From Nemertoderma westbladi (Eukaryota; Animalia; Xenacoelomorpha), in NCBI GenBank assembly GCA_032718475.1, contig JAUCBJ010000974.1, positions 6,787 through 70,786 of the forward strand: a stretch of DNA of 64,000 nt, in the 5' to 3' direction. The translations under genes were made by a program, and so were the position numbers. The notes under the pieces are model-generated. The model saw nothing but the letters and a program-made list of their open reading frames with translations, did not search any database and was not told where the DNA came from. Below are positions 13,971 to 27,717 of the stretch, piece by piece. How positions within the stretch are numbered: the stretch's first letter is position 1; every line of letters begins with the position of its first letter.

Positions 13971-14044
13971 TGGCCAATATGGGGCTCGAACCCATGACAT
14001 TCGCGTTATTAGCACGACGCTCTAACCAACTGAGCTAGATAGCC
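13971..14044 (-). tRNA. tRNA-Ile(AAT) gene or pseudogene
   Basis: GGCTATCTAGCTCAGTTGGTTAGAGCGTCGTGCTAATAACGCGAATGTCATGGGTTCGAGCCCCATATTGGCCA; anticodon AAT; T5 terminator downstream; two acceptor-stem mismatches. Confidence 0.75.
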
Positions 14045-15038
14045 TGATCGGAGGGGGGAAGAAAATTAACAACAAATGAGGAAAATGAGGGGTAAGAGAA
14101 AAGGGGAGATAAATATTTATTGATTAAATTAATCATTACACATTACACAAATGAACTGCAGTGAAACATTTATGTAATTAAAATAACGTACCAAAATGGC
14201 ACAAATATAGATACCGTTATACACAACTTTATATTGAAATTAGATTAGCTACTGTACACGTTCGTGGGGCCATCGCGCAGGACGAGGCTCAGTTATCAGA
14301 TACAGATTAAAATTGAGCGACTGTATCACAAAATCAGGTTTTGAGAAATTTACCCACACCACCAATCAATCAAAGAAAGGGGGACAGTACGTGTTCACCC
14401 CTTTTAATCTGCAGCTCTACACCCCCGCAGAGTCTATGTTGACCAATAATGGGCAGGATTAAATTTGTACTAAATAATTATGCTGCTTTAATTAGGGGTG
14501 GGCTATTAGGCAGAGAAACAAGTTACTGTCTTCAAATTGAGAAGAGTCGTGGCTCATTTGAACCAGTTCATTGAGCTGGTCATTATGACATATTATATTG
14601 ACATATTTCATGCTGAATTGAGGAATTGCTAGCATCTTGAAGTTTTCGTTCCACCGATGCGTGTTTTCTAAAATTTTCTTATCTACCGGTAGATCGGCCG
14701 CTATCCAATTGAAATTTGTATTTGTATTTTATACTGTATTTGAAATATATAGATAAATAATGAAGATTATTGTTTGCACCCTATATATCATATCATGGTG
14801 CTGCTCTAATTTATATTAATTCAAATTAATAAAATGAAAAAAACAATGCACTGATCCCAGGCCAGTTGCTAAGTTCAAATATATTGGAGCGGCCCTTAAT
14901 TTTCCAGTTACCGACAACATTACAAGGGAGAATTTGTACATGTTGAACAGTTTGTATATCCACTTTATTTGGGTGTTTCCATCTGAAAGAGTCTGAAGGT
15001 TCTGCAGAACATCTGCATAAGTGTTCCATGTCAATCTT

Positions 15039-18000
15039 TCAAATTTTCATCTCATTATTTAAACCCAGACAAATTGCATCAAACCAATTGCGTCCAATTG
15101 GCTCATCCCAAATAACAATCTTTATGTTATTTATCTGTACTTCTCCTTCTGGATCAGTATCAGGCACAGGTTGAGGAACTGCTGCATCCGAATGTAAGTC
15201 TGTATCAAGCTGGTTGATGACACTGAACAAGGCTATCAAATCTTCTTCATAGAGAATTGGGTATTCTTCATCGTTGGGTTCTTCTGGGACATTTGCGATG
15301 ATTATTGCTAAGTGCGCTTTCATTTCAGTGATGGATATCTGGTTCAACTTGTAGAGTCTTGGCCTTCGTTGATAATCATTAGGGGAGGAATGTCTTCGGT
15401 ATGAGATCTCAGTCCTCAATACAGTTTTTAATTGTTCATCATTGTTATTATATTTCAATATACAATTCTCGAGTTCCTCAATATAGGTAAAAGGACCACC
15501 CCAAGATTTACATCGACGTAACTGGTTGGTAGCATATTCAATAGCAGTTCTCTCTTTATTTTTTGCTTCCAGAAGTTCACGATCATCGAGAACCTGTAAT
15601 TGAACAAAAAATAGAAGAATATTGGAAATGTTTTTAAGGTATAATGTACTTCATGGACATAAGATATCGGTGCTGTAGACAAGTTGGATCACACATGCAT
15701 ATATATATATGTATTTCCAATGGCTAATGCAAGAAGTAATCTTAATAATAATAACACTCACCCTTGCAATATGTTTAGTGGCTCTTTCAACTCCGGTTAT
15801 TGAAGATGCCTTGAATAAAGTCATTCCATCTTTTATTCCCTTTGTGGTGAGGAGCAACGAGCAGATCTTTTGCAGAGTTTGATCAAACTGAGCAAGGTCC
15901 CGCTCTGCCTCTAAGTAGTTTACTGAAAGTCCATCTAACTCTGATGGAGATAAATCACTAAGCACTGTTGCTCTCGGCTGTCGATATGGTTCTGAGAAAC
16001 CATATTCTCTACAACGTTGAGTTTGCAGATCTTTTGCTGCTTGTTGGCAAAACAGGTTTATAAAGAGTAGAACCAGATCATTAGGCTTCTTGATGATGAA
16101 TGAATAGTCAACCATATAGTTTATGTGAGTGTCCATAAACGAGTGTACATTAACAAACGACTAATCAAATCTACTGGAAGCATATTACCACAACTCAACC
16201 ACCCACATGAGAACAGGCAGAAGGGTGTACACTGAACCTATCAAACTCGGCAAAGGAATACGGCAAGGAGGCATACTATCTGCCTGGCTCTTAAATTTCT
16301 ACTTACAAGACCTCTTCGAGACCCTAGGAGAATCTGGGCTAGGACTACATCTCGGCACAGAATCTTACCCGGCCCTTGGTTACGCCGACGACCTATTGTT
16401 GCTAGCAAACCTTAAGGATGATCTCCAACAACAAATCGACATATGCACCACGTTCTTTGCCAGAAATGGCCTCATTATAAACACCAAAAAATCGCATTAC
16501 GTAAGATGTACCGATAAACAACCAAAAACAACACCAATTGAAGGTACGCAACCAAAAACAACACCAATTGAAGGCTACACCATACAAGTAGGATCAGTTT
16601 TCCTACGCGAGGAGGCCAGCTGTAAATACCTAGATTTACCACTTCCAGGTACACCGCAAACGATCAGAGACCACATAACCAAGCGCTGCTGGTTGAACGT
16701 ATCAAGGATGCGATCACGGGGCCTAACAGCCCACGACGTACCTCTACCAATCACCAAAAAAATCTGGAACACAATCTGCCTCCCGTCTATCGCATATGGT
16801 ATTGCAAATTATGGATGGCGCCTCTGTGACCCAACTATCAATAGTAATGCGAAAGGCGATGAGATCGATCATTGGTGTGGTGAACTACGTCTCAAACAAC
16901 ACCCTACACAATCTGTTGCGATGCGACGACCTGGAATCAATCGTCGCACACAGCAGATGTAGACTCCTGTACACCGCTGTAAACTCAGGAAACGTAAAAA
17001 TTGCACACCTCCACACAACACTGCTTAGCCAACACCTATGCGATACCTACACAGAACCAACTTTTGTCGAGTACTCCATTGCGAGTTGGAGGAGTAACCT
17101 ACCCACCCTACACAGCATCGTAACAGCCTCCTACAACATAAAACTGGTGTTCAAGGGCTCACGAAAACACTGCAAGCCCGTCCTGAGCACCAAGGACTGC
17201 TTCGAACACGTGGTATCTCGAAAGTAACCTAAATATTCCAAACGCAAACTACTCCATAAAGAACCAATGCATACGAGACTACTACAAACTGCCGACACTC
17301 GATGCGAACAACCGAACAGGTTTCACACGGACTCACGTTCAACTCCACCACATAACAAGCACACAAATCACACGCATTTCCGATCATGACAAATACTATT
17401 TGATTTCATAATTCCCACCTCCCTATAGTCTATAATTATATTCATTTGTTTTGGTGCATACAAACAACACTTGTGCCTTCAACAACCCTGTGTGTAATAG
17501 TTACACCCGTACACCTTATAGACACTACCATCAGACATCGTATACCCACTAATTATACAGGTAACATGTGACTACAGTGTAATGTAACCAATAGCATTGC
17601 TAATTTTAATTTTGTCGATTGTGTTCTGTTCCGTTTTTACTTGACCGACCATTTTATACAATAATAGCCGCCGGGGCCTCAAGCCGGTAATATAATTAAA
17701 AAAAAAATAGTTGCAAGCTTTTAAATCTTTATACAGTTTGGGCAGGAACTGCACCAAGTCGTTCTGTGTTGACTTTTCAACCATATTCAAAAAGGGCATT
17801 GTCACCTTCATTGTGAACAATGCCAAGCTTAGCAATTCTGCTTCAATCAATGGGTGCTCTACATAAAGCTTACAAGTCTGAACCAGGAAATTCTTTCGTG
17901 TAGTATTATTCAACAACTCACGGATATCATCAAGATGGTAAATAATTGCAGCTGCTGTATATCCTAGCTTTGCAAATCTTCTTTCAGTATAGATACTGAA

Positions 18001-19551
18001 CTTCTTTGAACGATTACTTTGGATAAGCTGAAGATCAAATTCCTCCCACAAAGATGATTGGTGACCATCATTTGTCACAAGTTTCTGGATGGCTACTATG
18101 ACAGCTAATGCAACACTTTTGTTTTCTGGGAGGAAGGATTTTAGTACTGGAAGCCGAGATAACAAAGCCTGCTTCAGATTCGCCTTGTTCTCGAGCTCTA
18201 AAAGAACTTTTAAGTTTCCTCGATCAAAAACCTCACATGTATGTGAAACACACAGCAATTGTAATGGTATATGATGTGTAAGCAATGTTTGTGCAACCAT
18301 CTCTGCAACATTCAAATTTTTGGAGACACTGTCTGTCATTAGGGCATTCATTTTTTTCCATAGAGCTACTGCAGTTGACTCTCCTGCAATTGCCAAGCGA
18401 TTAAGAACTTCAACAAGCAGTGTTGTAATTGATTCTCTTGTTTCCCGACCCAGAGTATGCGGACGAACTCTAAATGATTTCCCATTAGATAGTTTCATTA
18501 TGACTGCGGGCCAGTCTCCTTCAATTCGTCTCCTTTTTGTTGTATCAAAGTGTAGTGTGATTTTGTCACCCTCTGAAGCATCAAGAATTCCAAGAGCTGC
18601 ATTTCTCTCCTCCTGAATTGCCAACAAGTGTTTTTGGTTATCAATTACTCTTATACTGGGTAGCACATTGGCATACCGCAAATAATCAGATGCTTTGCGT
18701 GGAAGCGACTTTTCGGGCTCAAGTCCAGGCTCATGATCACCTTCATTTGATCCATCATCTGCAGTCAGCTGGTATCTATGGCCAAATATAATTTCTGTTG
18801 TAGCTTGAAAAGCACGGCGACTTTGTTCAATAGTAATGGCTGCCCTAGCACATGCAGCAGCCAAACCTGTCTTTACACTGGGAAGGAAGTTTCGAAACCC
18901 CGATCTCAACTGGAACATGGATGGGTTCAGTACATAATCAGTTTGTGTATAGGCATTTATGGTAGGTTTACTATCACGTACTAAACCAGAACGATTGAGT
19001 GATTGGTCAAGTCTGACATTGCTCAATATGGGACTACTCAAAACTAAATCCTCTTCATCGAATTCTTCAGCTTCCATTTCAGCTGCTGCCTGCTTAGCAA
19101 TAGCTTCTGCTGCACGTTTCTCTTCATATTCTTTGTCTAACTTGTCACTCAATGCCATTCGACGGGGCCCCATCTGATCAAAATAAAATTCTCGTTCTGG
19201 TCCATCAAATTTTTCAGGATCTACATTTTTACCTAGCAGATCTAAGAGCTTTTTGTGGTCCCCTTTCCAAATTGTAAGATTTTGCCTCCTTGAACCAGTT
19301 TTCTTGCACTGAACCTGAGTTCGATATGTTTTCAAAAATCCATCCAACTTGTATCTGATGTTCCGGATAGTCATGACTGTCCCTTCACCAAAGGCCTTTT
19401 GCCACTGGAAATTCAGAGCCTTTGCACAGTTCAATATATAATCATGCTGCTTTTGACTCCCATACGTTGGGGCATGTTCTATAATAGCCATAACACAATC
19501 TGACACCATTGGTAAATAGTCACCAAAGACAAAGAGAATCACATCCGGCAT
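15039..19551 (-). pseudogene. DDE transposase-like gene (CxxH-type supergroup), split by a LINE, with a probable intron at ~15594-15759
   Basis: Motifs LHFDTT, MTDSVSKN, LLCVSH (17.7-19.55 kb) and NYLEAERD (15.9 kb); GTGAGT donor near 15759 and TTACAG acceptor near 15594; TIRs not found. Confidence 0.6.
16138..17707 (+). mobile_element. 5'-truncated non-LTR retrotransposon (RT fragment, frameshifted) inserted in the transposase
   Basis: GIRQGGILS and LGYADDLLL motifs in 16207..16962; A-tail at ~17698-17707; internal 30-bp duplication at ~16519-16574. Confidence 0.8.
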
Positions 19552-21200
19552 GGTTAGAATTACAAAGCAATTGATACATCCGGTTCGAGCCGGTATTCCT
19601 GTTTTAATCTTTAGGGGTATATTAGCTTTTAATATTTAATATGTAAAAATTACAAAGATAGGCCTACCTAAAGCAGTACACTAGCTATATACTTCTGTTC
19701 TACTAAACAGAAACAGCTGAAAAGAAACAGCTGTTGAAACCGTACCATCTACACCGGGAGCCACAATGGGTTCTTAGAAATGTTACCTACACAAAGAAAT
19801 TACTTAAATTACCAGCCGAGGTGGGATCTTAACAATTTCAGCTATAAAACATGATCCAGCTTTAAAAGTACTGAGAATTGGAGCATGGGACCCGTCTCTA
19901 CCCCCACTAAGTCGATAATTGCGGATGAATGAGACCAAAATGAGGTGCATAGTGTTACTGGAAGTTTGCATTATCTCTTTCGTGGAAAAGGCATTAGTCG
20001 CAAAGAGTGTGAAAGTTAGCGGAGCGGTCTCCGGAACAGTATCCCGCCGCCTGCGCTACCCTATTGCCTAAACTATCTCTCCCAGCATGGCCTATAGTAT
20101 GTGCAGTAAGGCCTACAGTATGTCCTGCAGTCTGCCTGTGTCCTTCCGGACCGAAGTTTAATCTTCTCGAGTATTCCAAGAAATCCTCCCCGTGACTACC
20201 ATATTCTCAATCGGCAGCTACGTTCTGACGGGAAGTTTCTCTTCGATCCCCTCTTCTGTCTTCATCCTTGTACCGGTACATTCTATACCCCTCTCCTGGT
20301 GTGTGGTATATCTCACCAGGTTGTGTTTCTCCGGGGCGATGGCAATCTCCCGGTGTACGACCCCACCAGTTCTCTGTCTCCGTCTCGATTACTGACGGTT
20401 CACTGTCCGTCCTTCCCCTCCGGTTGCTCGTAGCAACGCTCCCTCGATTCTTCTCTCCTCGTCCGATTCCAGTGCAGTGTTCCTCCTCGTGAGATCTCGC
20501 TTCGACCTCCCGTATAAATTCCACTGTTCTCCTTCCATCTTCCGACTGGGCTCGACGTTTTCTCGCTCACCCGCTCAAGGCGCCAACGTCTCTCTCTCTG
20601 CCCGGTTGGATGGCCCTGGGGATATTCGTAATCCCCCTACTATTCTCTGTCGTCGGGTGCCGCGGTTCACTTAGCTCACCGCGCGGATTATCCGCCGATG
20701 CTTGTGGGACATTCTCTGCCCCCCCCCCCCCCCCCCACCTCTCACCCGCCATCGGGAGCCACGGTTCACTCAACTCACCGCACAGATTACCCGTCGACGC
20801 TCATGGGACATTTTCTGCCCCCCCCCCCTCCTCTCGCCGCTAATCGCTTGTGGTGGGGTACCCGTAGCCAGCCCCCCCCCCCCCCCCCCCGTCCGTCACC
20901 TCTTACTTCGCCCCTACGCCCCCCTCTAGTCGACGCATTATCTCTACCCCCGCTGGATTTATTCACCCCCTCTCCTCCCTGCGCAACTGCATGGCCTTGC
21001 AGCCTCTCATTGCTGGGTTTATTCGCCCCCGCTCCCCCCTGCGCAACTGCGTGGCCTTGCAGGCTCTCATTCGCCGGCTCGCTTGTTCCCCCTACATTTG
21101 TATTAACCACACTGTTAATAATTTCGCCCTGGTTTGTTACACCGTTATTAATGATATTAATTTCTTTGGGGTTATTTATTATATTATTATTACCTAAATT

Positions 21201-21745
21201 TTTTTTTTTAAATTACGTAATACTAATATAAGTTTAATGATTTTGTTTAGCACAGTTTGAAATCATATAGTTAAACACAAGTTGAGTAAAATTAATTAAT
21301 TTATATAAATCAAATTTATCGTCAGCTCTGAGTTTATTAAACTTTATTACTAAACGGGTTCAGAAAAAAAAAAGAGTTAAAAGGTAAAAAGAGTTGAGGG
21401 TCCATCGAATAGGTCACCCGGAGAGGGACCGCCCGTCGCCATAACAGACGCCGCGTTGCCCACTAGAATGGCCACCTGAATCCGCTGTAGGAGGAAGCGG
21501 AGTGAGCGGGGTTCGTGGGTGAACGCGTGCATTCGGGAGCCAACCTCCCGGAGGAAGGCCGCAGTCTCAGGGCCGGGGCGGCCGAGGGTCTCAAAGGCCA
21601 CAGGATGGAAAATGTGGAGGCCCCGCTGCTCCAGCTCGGCGTACGTCGCGCGTTTCCTCCACTCTGCCTCCTCAGCTGTGCGCCCACCGGCGATGAGGGT
21701 CTGTTGGAGGTGGCTGGGGGCGAGGGGGTCGACTACCGTAGCGTC
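21201..21745 (-). mobile_element. 3' fragment of a non-LTR element with a restriction-like endonuclease (CRE-like)
   Basis: Translates as DATVVDPLAPS..AEEAEWRKRATY..FHPVAFETLG..LLQRIQVAILVGNA; poly(A) tail; TSD CCTAAATT at 21193-21200 and 21746-21753. Confidence 0.75.
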
Positions 21746-22437
21746 CCTAAATTATTATTTAAATTATTTTGTTCGGCATTATTTATATTATTATTTAAAT
21801 TATTTTGCACATTTAAATTAGGATTATTATTACCGGGTAAAATATTATTTCCTGCAAAAAGGGTTATCTATTACGGTACTATTAATATTAACTCCCTCTA
21901 GCGTATTATTATTACCCCCCCCCCCGCCCGTACGGTCACACCAGTCTTGGGTCTGTCGTCCGGTACCTGTAAGTGGGGTATTAACAAAGGTTTCCATAGC
22001 CTCTGGTTCTTCGTAAATACTACCCGAACCAGCCTCGCTCTCCGATAAACCCATTTTTGCCAGCTCTAACCAGCGCTTTAGTTTCGCTTGATATTGCATT
22101 AACCCCCTCAGCCAGGTATGCATATCATCCCGCAACCGTTTACCCCCCCTTTCTCTCTCTCTATCCTCCCTCATATGCTGGTTGGCTAATTATGCCTCCC
22201 TCACCTCCCGCTCTCTACGCTTGTTCACTTCTCTCTCAATCCTCTCAGCCCTCCTCGCTTCCCGCTCTTTGCGCTCATTCACCTCCCGCTCTTTGCGCTT
22301 GCTTTACACTCTCTCCTCCCGCTCTTTGCACTAGCTTTCCATTCTCTCCTCCCACTCTTCACGCTCGTTTATCTCTATCTCCTCCCGCTCCCTATAGTTT
22401 CTTGCCACCCTCTCTGCCCTCTCCTTACACTCTCTCG

Positions 22438-24409
22438 CTACTACTAGGATCGGCATGCTGCATTGCAGCTGCATTTTTAAGAATGCTGTGCCGGCTTGTC
22501 AACAAAATTGCACCGCCACAAGTCCCTATCACCCATGACATTTGCTAGATCATCCGCATCTTTAAGGCCAGTGTCCTTTAAGATGCGTCTCAAGAAAGTC
22601 ATGGGCTGTCCACCATGCTTATTCACTCCATGAGGCTGCCAAAGTACAAGATTATGCACTGGCTGGTCCTCACTGCGAAAGCAATGTCCTGCAAAGCGGA
22701 GTCGATTTTGTTCTAGTGTCAAGCTTGGGGGAACCAATGAGACACCTCCAATGTTATATAGTGTCTGGTTGGAGATGTGTGCATTGTACTTGACACAATG
22801 AACCCGGCGTAGCATTCTTGTGAATGTGCCATCCAGAGATTTGGTGTCCTCAGCAGTTAGAGCCCAGCATGAACTCCCGTAGAGGAGTACTGGAACTACT
22901 GCTGCTCTAAATAATCGGACCTTAAGTTTCCGATTAATTCTCGGTGATTTCCAAATCCTGGAAAGCCTATTCAAGGCTGTCCATGCCTTTCCCTTACGTA
23001 TTCGAAGGTCCTCACCTGACTTCCGGATCCATGATCCCAGGTAACAGAAGTCGTCCACATGCTCAAGCATACCATCCTTTGAGCTTATGCTCATCCGATC
23101 AGAGACTTGCTGAGGACTTTCAAAGTTAACGGTCAGAATTTTGGTCTTTCTGGAGTTAATAAAAAGACCAACACTAGAAGCAGCATGTTCTAATGAGCTG
23201 AGGAGCCGTTGGGCTCCCTCTAATGATTCTGAGAGTACTCCTAAGTCATCAGCAAAGTCTAGATCAGTTAGGTACTTGGCAGGATTTCCTCGACTTCTGG
23301 AGCCAGTAGGTGGAGTTATCATCACCCCATCATCATTATGATGATCTAAGGACATGCGTAGAACATAGTCAACCACAATAATGACCAAGAATGGTGCAAG
23401 TGTGTCTCCTTGGAGGACGCCCCATAACACTTCAAATGGTTCTGTGTCACCGTCAATAGTAGACACAAATGTTGTCGAACCATCGTATACTGATCTGATT
23501 GCTGCAATAATTTCATCAGGAATGCCATATAATGAAAGTATGCTGAACATACGTGAGCGAGAGACTGAATCAAAGGCCTTGAAGAAGTCAACAAAGATAA
23601 CAGCCAGATGCCTGTCTTTCTTTTTTGATAATTCTTCAATTATCCTTCTAAGTGCCAAAATGGGCTCCATGGTCCCACGACCTTTACGGAACCCATTCTG
23701 ATTTCCACGGAGCAGTCTCTCAATGGGATCCCTGATGCGATTTAATAGAATCCTATTGTATAGCTTTGCAGCAATCGAGATCAATGAGATTCCCCGAAAA
23801 GAACCATAGAGTGTTAGGTTGGCCTTCTTGGGAACTGGCACCAACTTATTTGTTTTCATTTCTTGTGGGACTCTTGTTGTTCGGTACATGTCTACTATGA
23901 TGGGATAGATGAGCTTTAAACACTCAGGTATTTTAAAGACCTCAGGGGGAACACCATCAACTCCACTGGCACGATTGGTCTTAATGCTCTTTGCAGCAGC
24001 CTTCACTTCTGCAAAGGAGATATCGCCAATGGGAATATCTGGGAGTACAGACTCAGACACTTTTACTTCTATAAAGTTATCAGGCAATACCCTGTCATTA
24101 TTGAGGAGCTTTTCAAAGTGGGCTTTCCAACCATTGAGGCGATCGGCTGGTGATTCAGCCTTAACCTTGGTGGTTGGTTGGCTTTTCCGCCCAGTAAGCA
24201 GATTGATTGATTTCCATGCCTGGGATGATTGCCTGCTGTCGTCAGCATCATTGATGGCATCAACCTGTTGGTTTATTAGCTCCTGTAGATTAACAGAGTA
24301 CTGCCTGTTCAGGGACCTAGATGCAGCCTTAACTGCATTCTTGGCCGCTGTAGTCTGTTTGAGTCGGGACTCTTTCTGCGCCTTATGAAGGTCATTTCGG
24401 CACTTCTCT
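22438..24409 (-). mobile_element. 5'-truncated RTE-like LINE inserted in B gag; RT ORF 22477..24087
   Basis: FVDFFKAFDSV, GVLQGDTLAP, LDFADD and RLRFAGH motifs; (TAG)n tail; B gag reads through once the LINE is removed. Confidence 0.9.
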
Positions 24410-24953
24410 CTAGCAACACAGTTCGCTCATCCAACTGCCTTTCCAGTTCCTTTTGATCCAGCGCAACAATGTCTAGTTGACACGCCAGATCTATCTCTAA
24501 CACCATCTTGCTTTCGCGGAGGATGTAGCGGACTTATCAGTCGCGACAGACTCCCATCGCCTCTCTGTCCTACTAATTTTCCCCCGTTTGCTGGGGTTCC
24601 TACTAACCGACGACACCGAATCATCGGGGTTAACCTCGGATTTGCCGTCGTATGGGTCTGCCCATCCCACTAATTTAATTCCCCTGGCATCCACTAAGTA
24701 AGGCCCTACGTACACCACGTCGGGCTCCATCACCTCGGACCGCCACAATTCAAATAGTTCTGTGGCGACCCCCTCGCCCTCTCACTCGCTAGTTCTCCCT
24801 GTCCAAAACGGACTAAATAACGAAAATGTTTATTGGACTCACCTAGCCTCTGATATAGTTTAGGCTGGTCTACCTTTCTCCCCTCCTTAGCGTCCTTTAG
24901 TATCTTCTTCATGGTGTTGTACGCCCGTCGCAGGCGATCACTCATCCCGACGT

Positions 24954-26670
24954 GGCACGTTCCACGATAACGTCAACCAAGGGCTCATTTCTAAAAGTTA
25001 GGTATTGTTGGCTTTTGTGAACTTTTACTAGATCGAAATTTATCGCAGAATACGAATCTGAAACTATAAATCTCAAATTTATAAATTTTAGTATCGTAAA
25101 TTGCTCTGGTAGCTGGTGCGTTAAAATTTAAATTTTTTTGTCAAAATTGGAGACATTTTGTTTTTTGAAAATTTGATACAATGCAATACAGTTTTGCTAT
25201 TTTCAGCCTTTTTAGATGGAATATATACATTTTGGGAATGCAATGCCACGTTGTTCATGATCTAAAACAAGTTGACTGACTAATACTTTTGATTTTTGCA
25301 TGAGGCAATTTGAATGTCACGTACTTTACCAAAAATATGTATTATTTTATTTTATAAAGTCAAATTTAGCTCCAAGGGAACTAAAAGTGGAATCTACAAT
25401 ATTGAAGTATATTTACATCTTTTGCGTTGAACATTTCTCGAAAATTCTGTGCTTTTGACACATTTACAATGGTAAAGTACGTGACATAAAAATATTTTTT
25501 CGTAAAGTACGTGACATAAAAATATTTTTTCGTAAAGTACGTGACATAAAAATATTTTTTCGTAAAGTAGGTGACGGTTGTATGGACTATAACTGACCAC
25601 TTAAGCAGTGCCAGCGCATCACACACTGTGAATCCTGCCCATCAGGCCACCTGCTGCTCGGCGTCTATTAGATGACGACTCTATCCACCTGCAACTGAAG
25701 CCTGCAAAACGATATAACTTATGTCTACCAGATCAGGGTGGGGTGATATAAGTCCATTTGTTATGAACTATTGTTTCCCCAGAGACAACCAATTAAATAT
25801 TATCAATAATTGCTAACGCGTGCATGGCCCATGGTTGGTTAATTAGATGACAGCAACATTTTCCCAAGGACTTAGTGGTTCTAATTAATTAGAAACGTGC
25901 CAGTACCATAGCGCGTAGCGGTAACCTCGACACAGATACAGCTAGGGCCGTAGCAACGTCATCAAGAATAAGCAATCCACCATCAGCTATACGAACTGCG
26001 ACTACTGCACAATAAAAAAGACAATACATGATATCACCAGTGTGTGTAATAGCGAAACACGGACTATAATAACCGTAGGCCTACCCCTAATATTGGTTAA
26101 TCAAAATTTGATTATTATTTTCAATCACCCGGTCTTTAAAAATATGATAGAATCTGTATCTAGTTAATTTCGTTACCAAATTGGATTGTAAAAACATATT
26201 GCCGCATGGAAGCGGGGTGAAATAGATTTGGATATTCGGATGAAATCGCATGGGTCACGTACTTTACTTGGCAATGTCACGTACTTTACTTTGTTTTACA
26301 TCAAATTCACTGAATTGCGTTAGGTTTGAAATGTCGATAAAGGCTGTTTTGGAAACAGCAATATTACCTCTTGGCTGCTGTGGACTCATTTATTACCTCA
26401 AGGTGCTCAATTCGCTGGATTTTGGACTTACATTAAAAAAAATATATTTTAAAATTTCTGCGCGTCACGTACTTTACCTGCGTTTGTTTGATGATTACTA
26501 AAGCCATCTACACTAAGAAGTTTAGCTTCTATACTAAACGTGTAACAGAATACTTTGTCTCTGAGAATATCACAAGTTGATGCTCTATGAAGACTGTTGT
26601 ATATATGTAATTTGCAAAAGAATGTAAAAATTGGTCTCTGACAGTCACGTACTTTACCGTGGAACGTGCC
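24954..26670. mobile_element. Non-autonomous DNA transposon with 13-bp TIRs and a 4-bp TSD
   Basis: TIR GGCACGTTCCACG / CGTGGAACGTGCC; ACGT duplicated (24950-24953, 26671-26674); removal restores gag EEDV|GMSDR; GTCACGTACTTTAC motif in both orientations, including a 30-bp tandem array at ~25472-25575. Confidence 0.88.
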
Positions 26671-27717
26671 ACGTCCTCCTCGTTGACTCTACCTTCTCTC
26701 CTCTTCCGGCGTCGTACCGTCGGCCCCACCATCGCCGTTCTGGTGGGCCATTCGTCGCCCTCGGCCTGTGGTCGGCCGGCGACTTCGGTACTCCGAGCGC
26801 CATCGTCACCTCGCGTCGACTCCTCGTTAACTTTCTCTCCTCGTTGTCGGCCACCCTCGTTGGCGAATCCGGGGTGGCGGGCCGGAATCGTCTCGTTGCG
26901 GCCTCTCGGATCGTTTGGTTGGTGTCATCCGGGGTCCGCGTTGGCATTCTTTCTCCCTCTGATTCTCGGGGCGTCTGTTCGCTCATCTTTGGGCCTTCTG
27001 GCTTCTAACTGTTTTCCTCGGGTTGTGGTCACAGCTGTTGAGTTGTTGGAAGTTTTGACTAGTTTTGACTGTGACGGGATTGAGTCTGAGATCCCGACCG
27101 AGTAAGATTGTACGCCTCACTTGGCTGCTGGGCTGCTGAGCTAATATCTTTGGCTGAAGGCCATTGAGGAAAATAACAGAGTTTGTTTCTCAGTGTTAAT
27201 AATCTCAGAAATAACAGCACAGTCAGATGTATACAGGTATAGTAACAATAATCAATATAGCATAAATGACGACAGCAACATATGAAATGACAGTCAAAAC
27301 TATGCCGGTCCGCAACTGTCTGATTAATGAACTGACCGGTAAATCAGAAATCAGAGTAACTATATGGTTGATACATATTGGTTTCACCTCTACGCTACTG
27401 TGGCCTTTGGTACCCAATGGATGCCCTTCTATCCTTCCCCACATGCTTCCCTGCCAGCTATTGGCTTATATAATAATTGTCACTTCGCCACTCCCTGTAA
27501 GTGTTATTCCCTGGTGCTAGCCCTACTAGCTGGGTTGTCCCTCTGAGGTGGTTTGACCTCGCACCTCTCTCTGTGGCTTAGGGCGTGTGTCGCCCCCCCG
27601 AGTTGGTTATGAGGCGAGATTATTATTGGTAATCTCGCATCGCCAACTATATTGGTAAAATGACACTGGTCCCATTTTCGGTGGGTGGTGTAGGGAATTG
27701 AATCCGCTTAAAATAAT

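Larger units (their letters stand above)
19995..27712 (-). mobile_element. Bel/Pao element B: 5' LTR 27070-27712 plus gag region, 3'-truncated, with three nested insertions; related to D
   Basis: Gag fragments align with D gag (TIREAATRR, SDRLRRAYN, YLVDARGIK, WCDRTGGG). LTR start TTTAAGCGGATTCAATTCC resembles D's TGTTAGCGTATTCAATTCC; both LTRs end ATCCCGTCACA. Left boundary approximate. Confidence 0.8.

Noticed and set aside
19578-19592. ATCCGGTTCGA resembling element A's PBS
   Set aside because: Lacks the AGGACCA end and has no adjacent LTR; probably chance.
14491-19910. TAGGGGTGGG / CCCCCACTAA as TIRs of the transposase element
   Set aside because: Short, imperfect match with no TSD.
20477-21231. 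Pro-rich plus-strand ORFs
   Set aside because: Antisense shadows of B gag across poly-C runs, whose lengths may also be sequencing errors.
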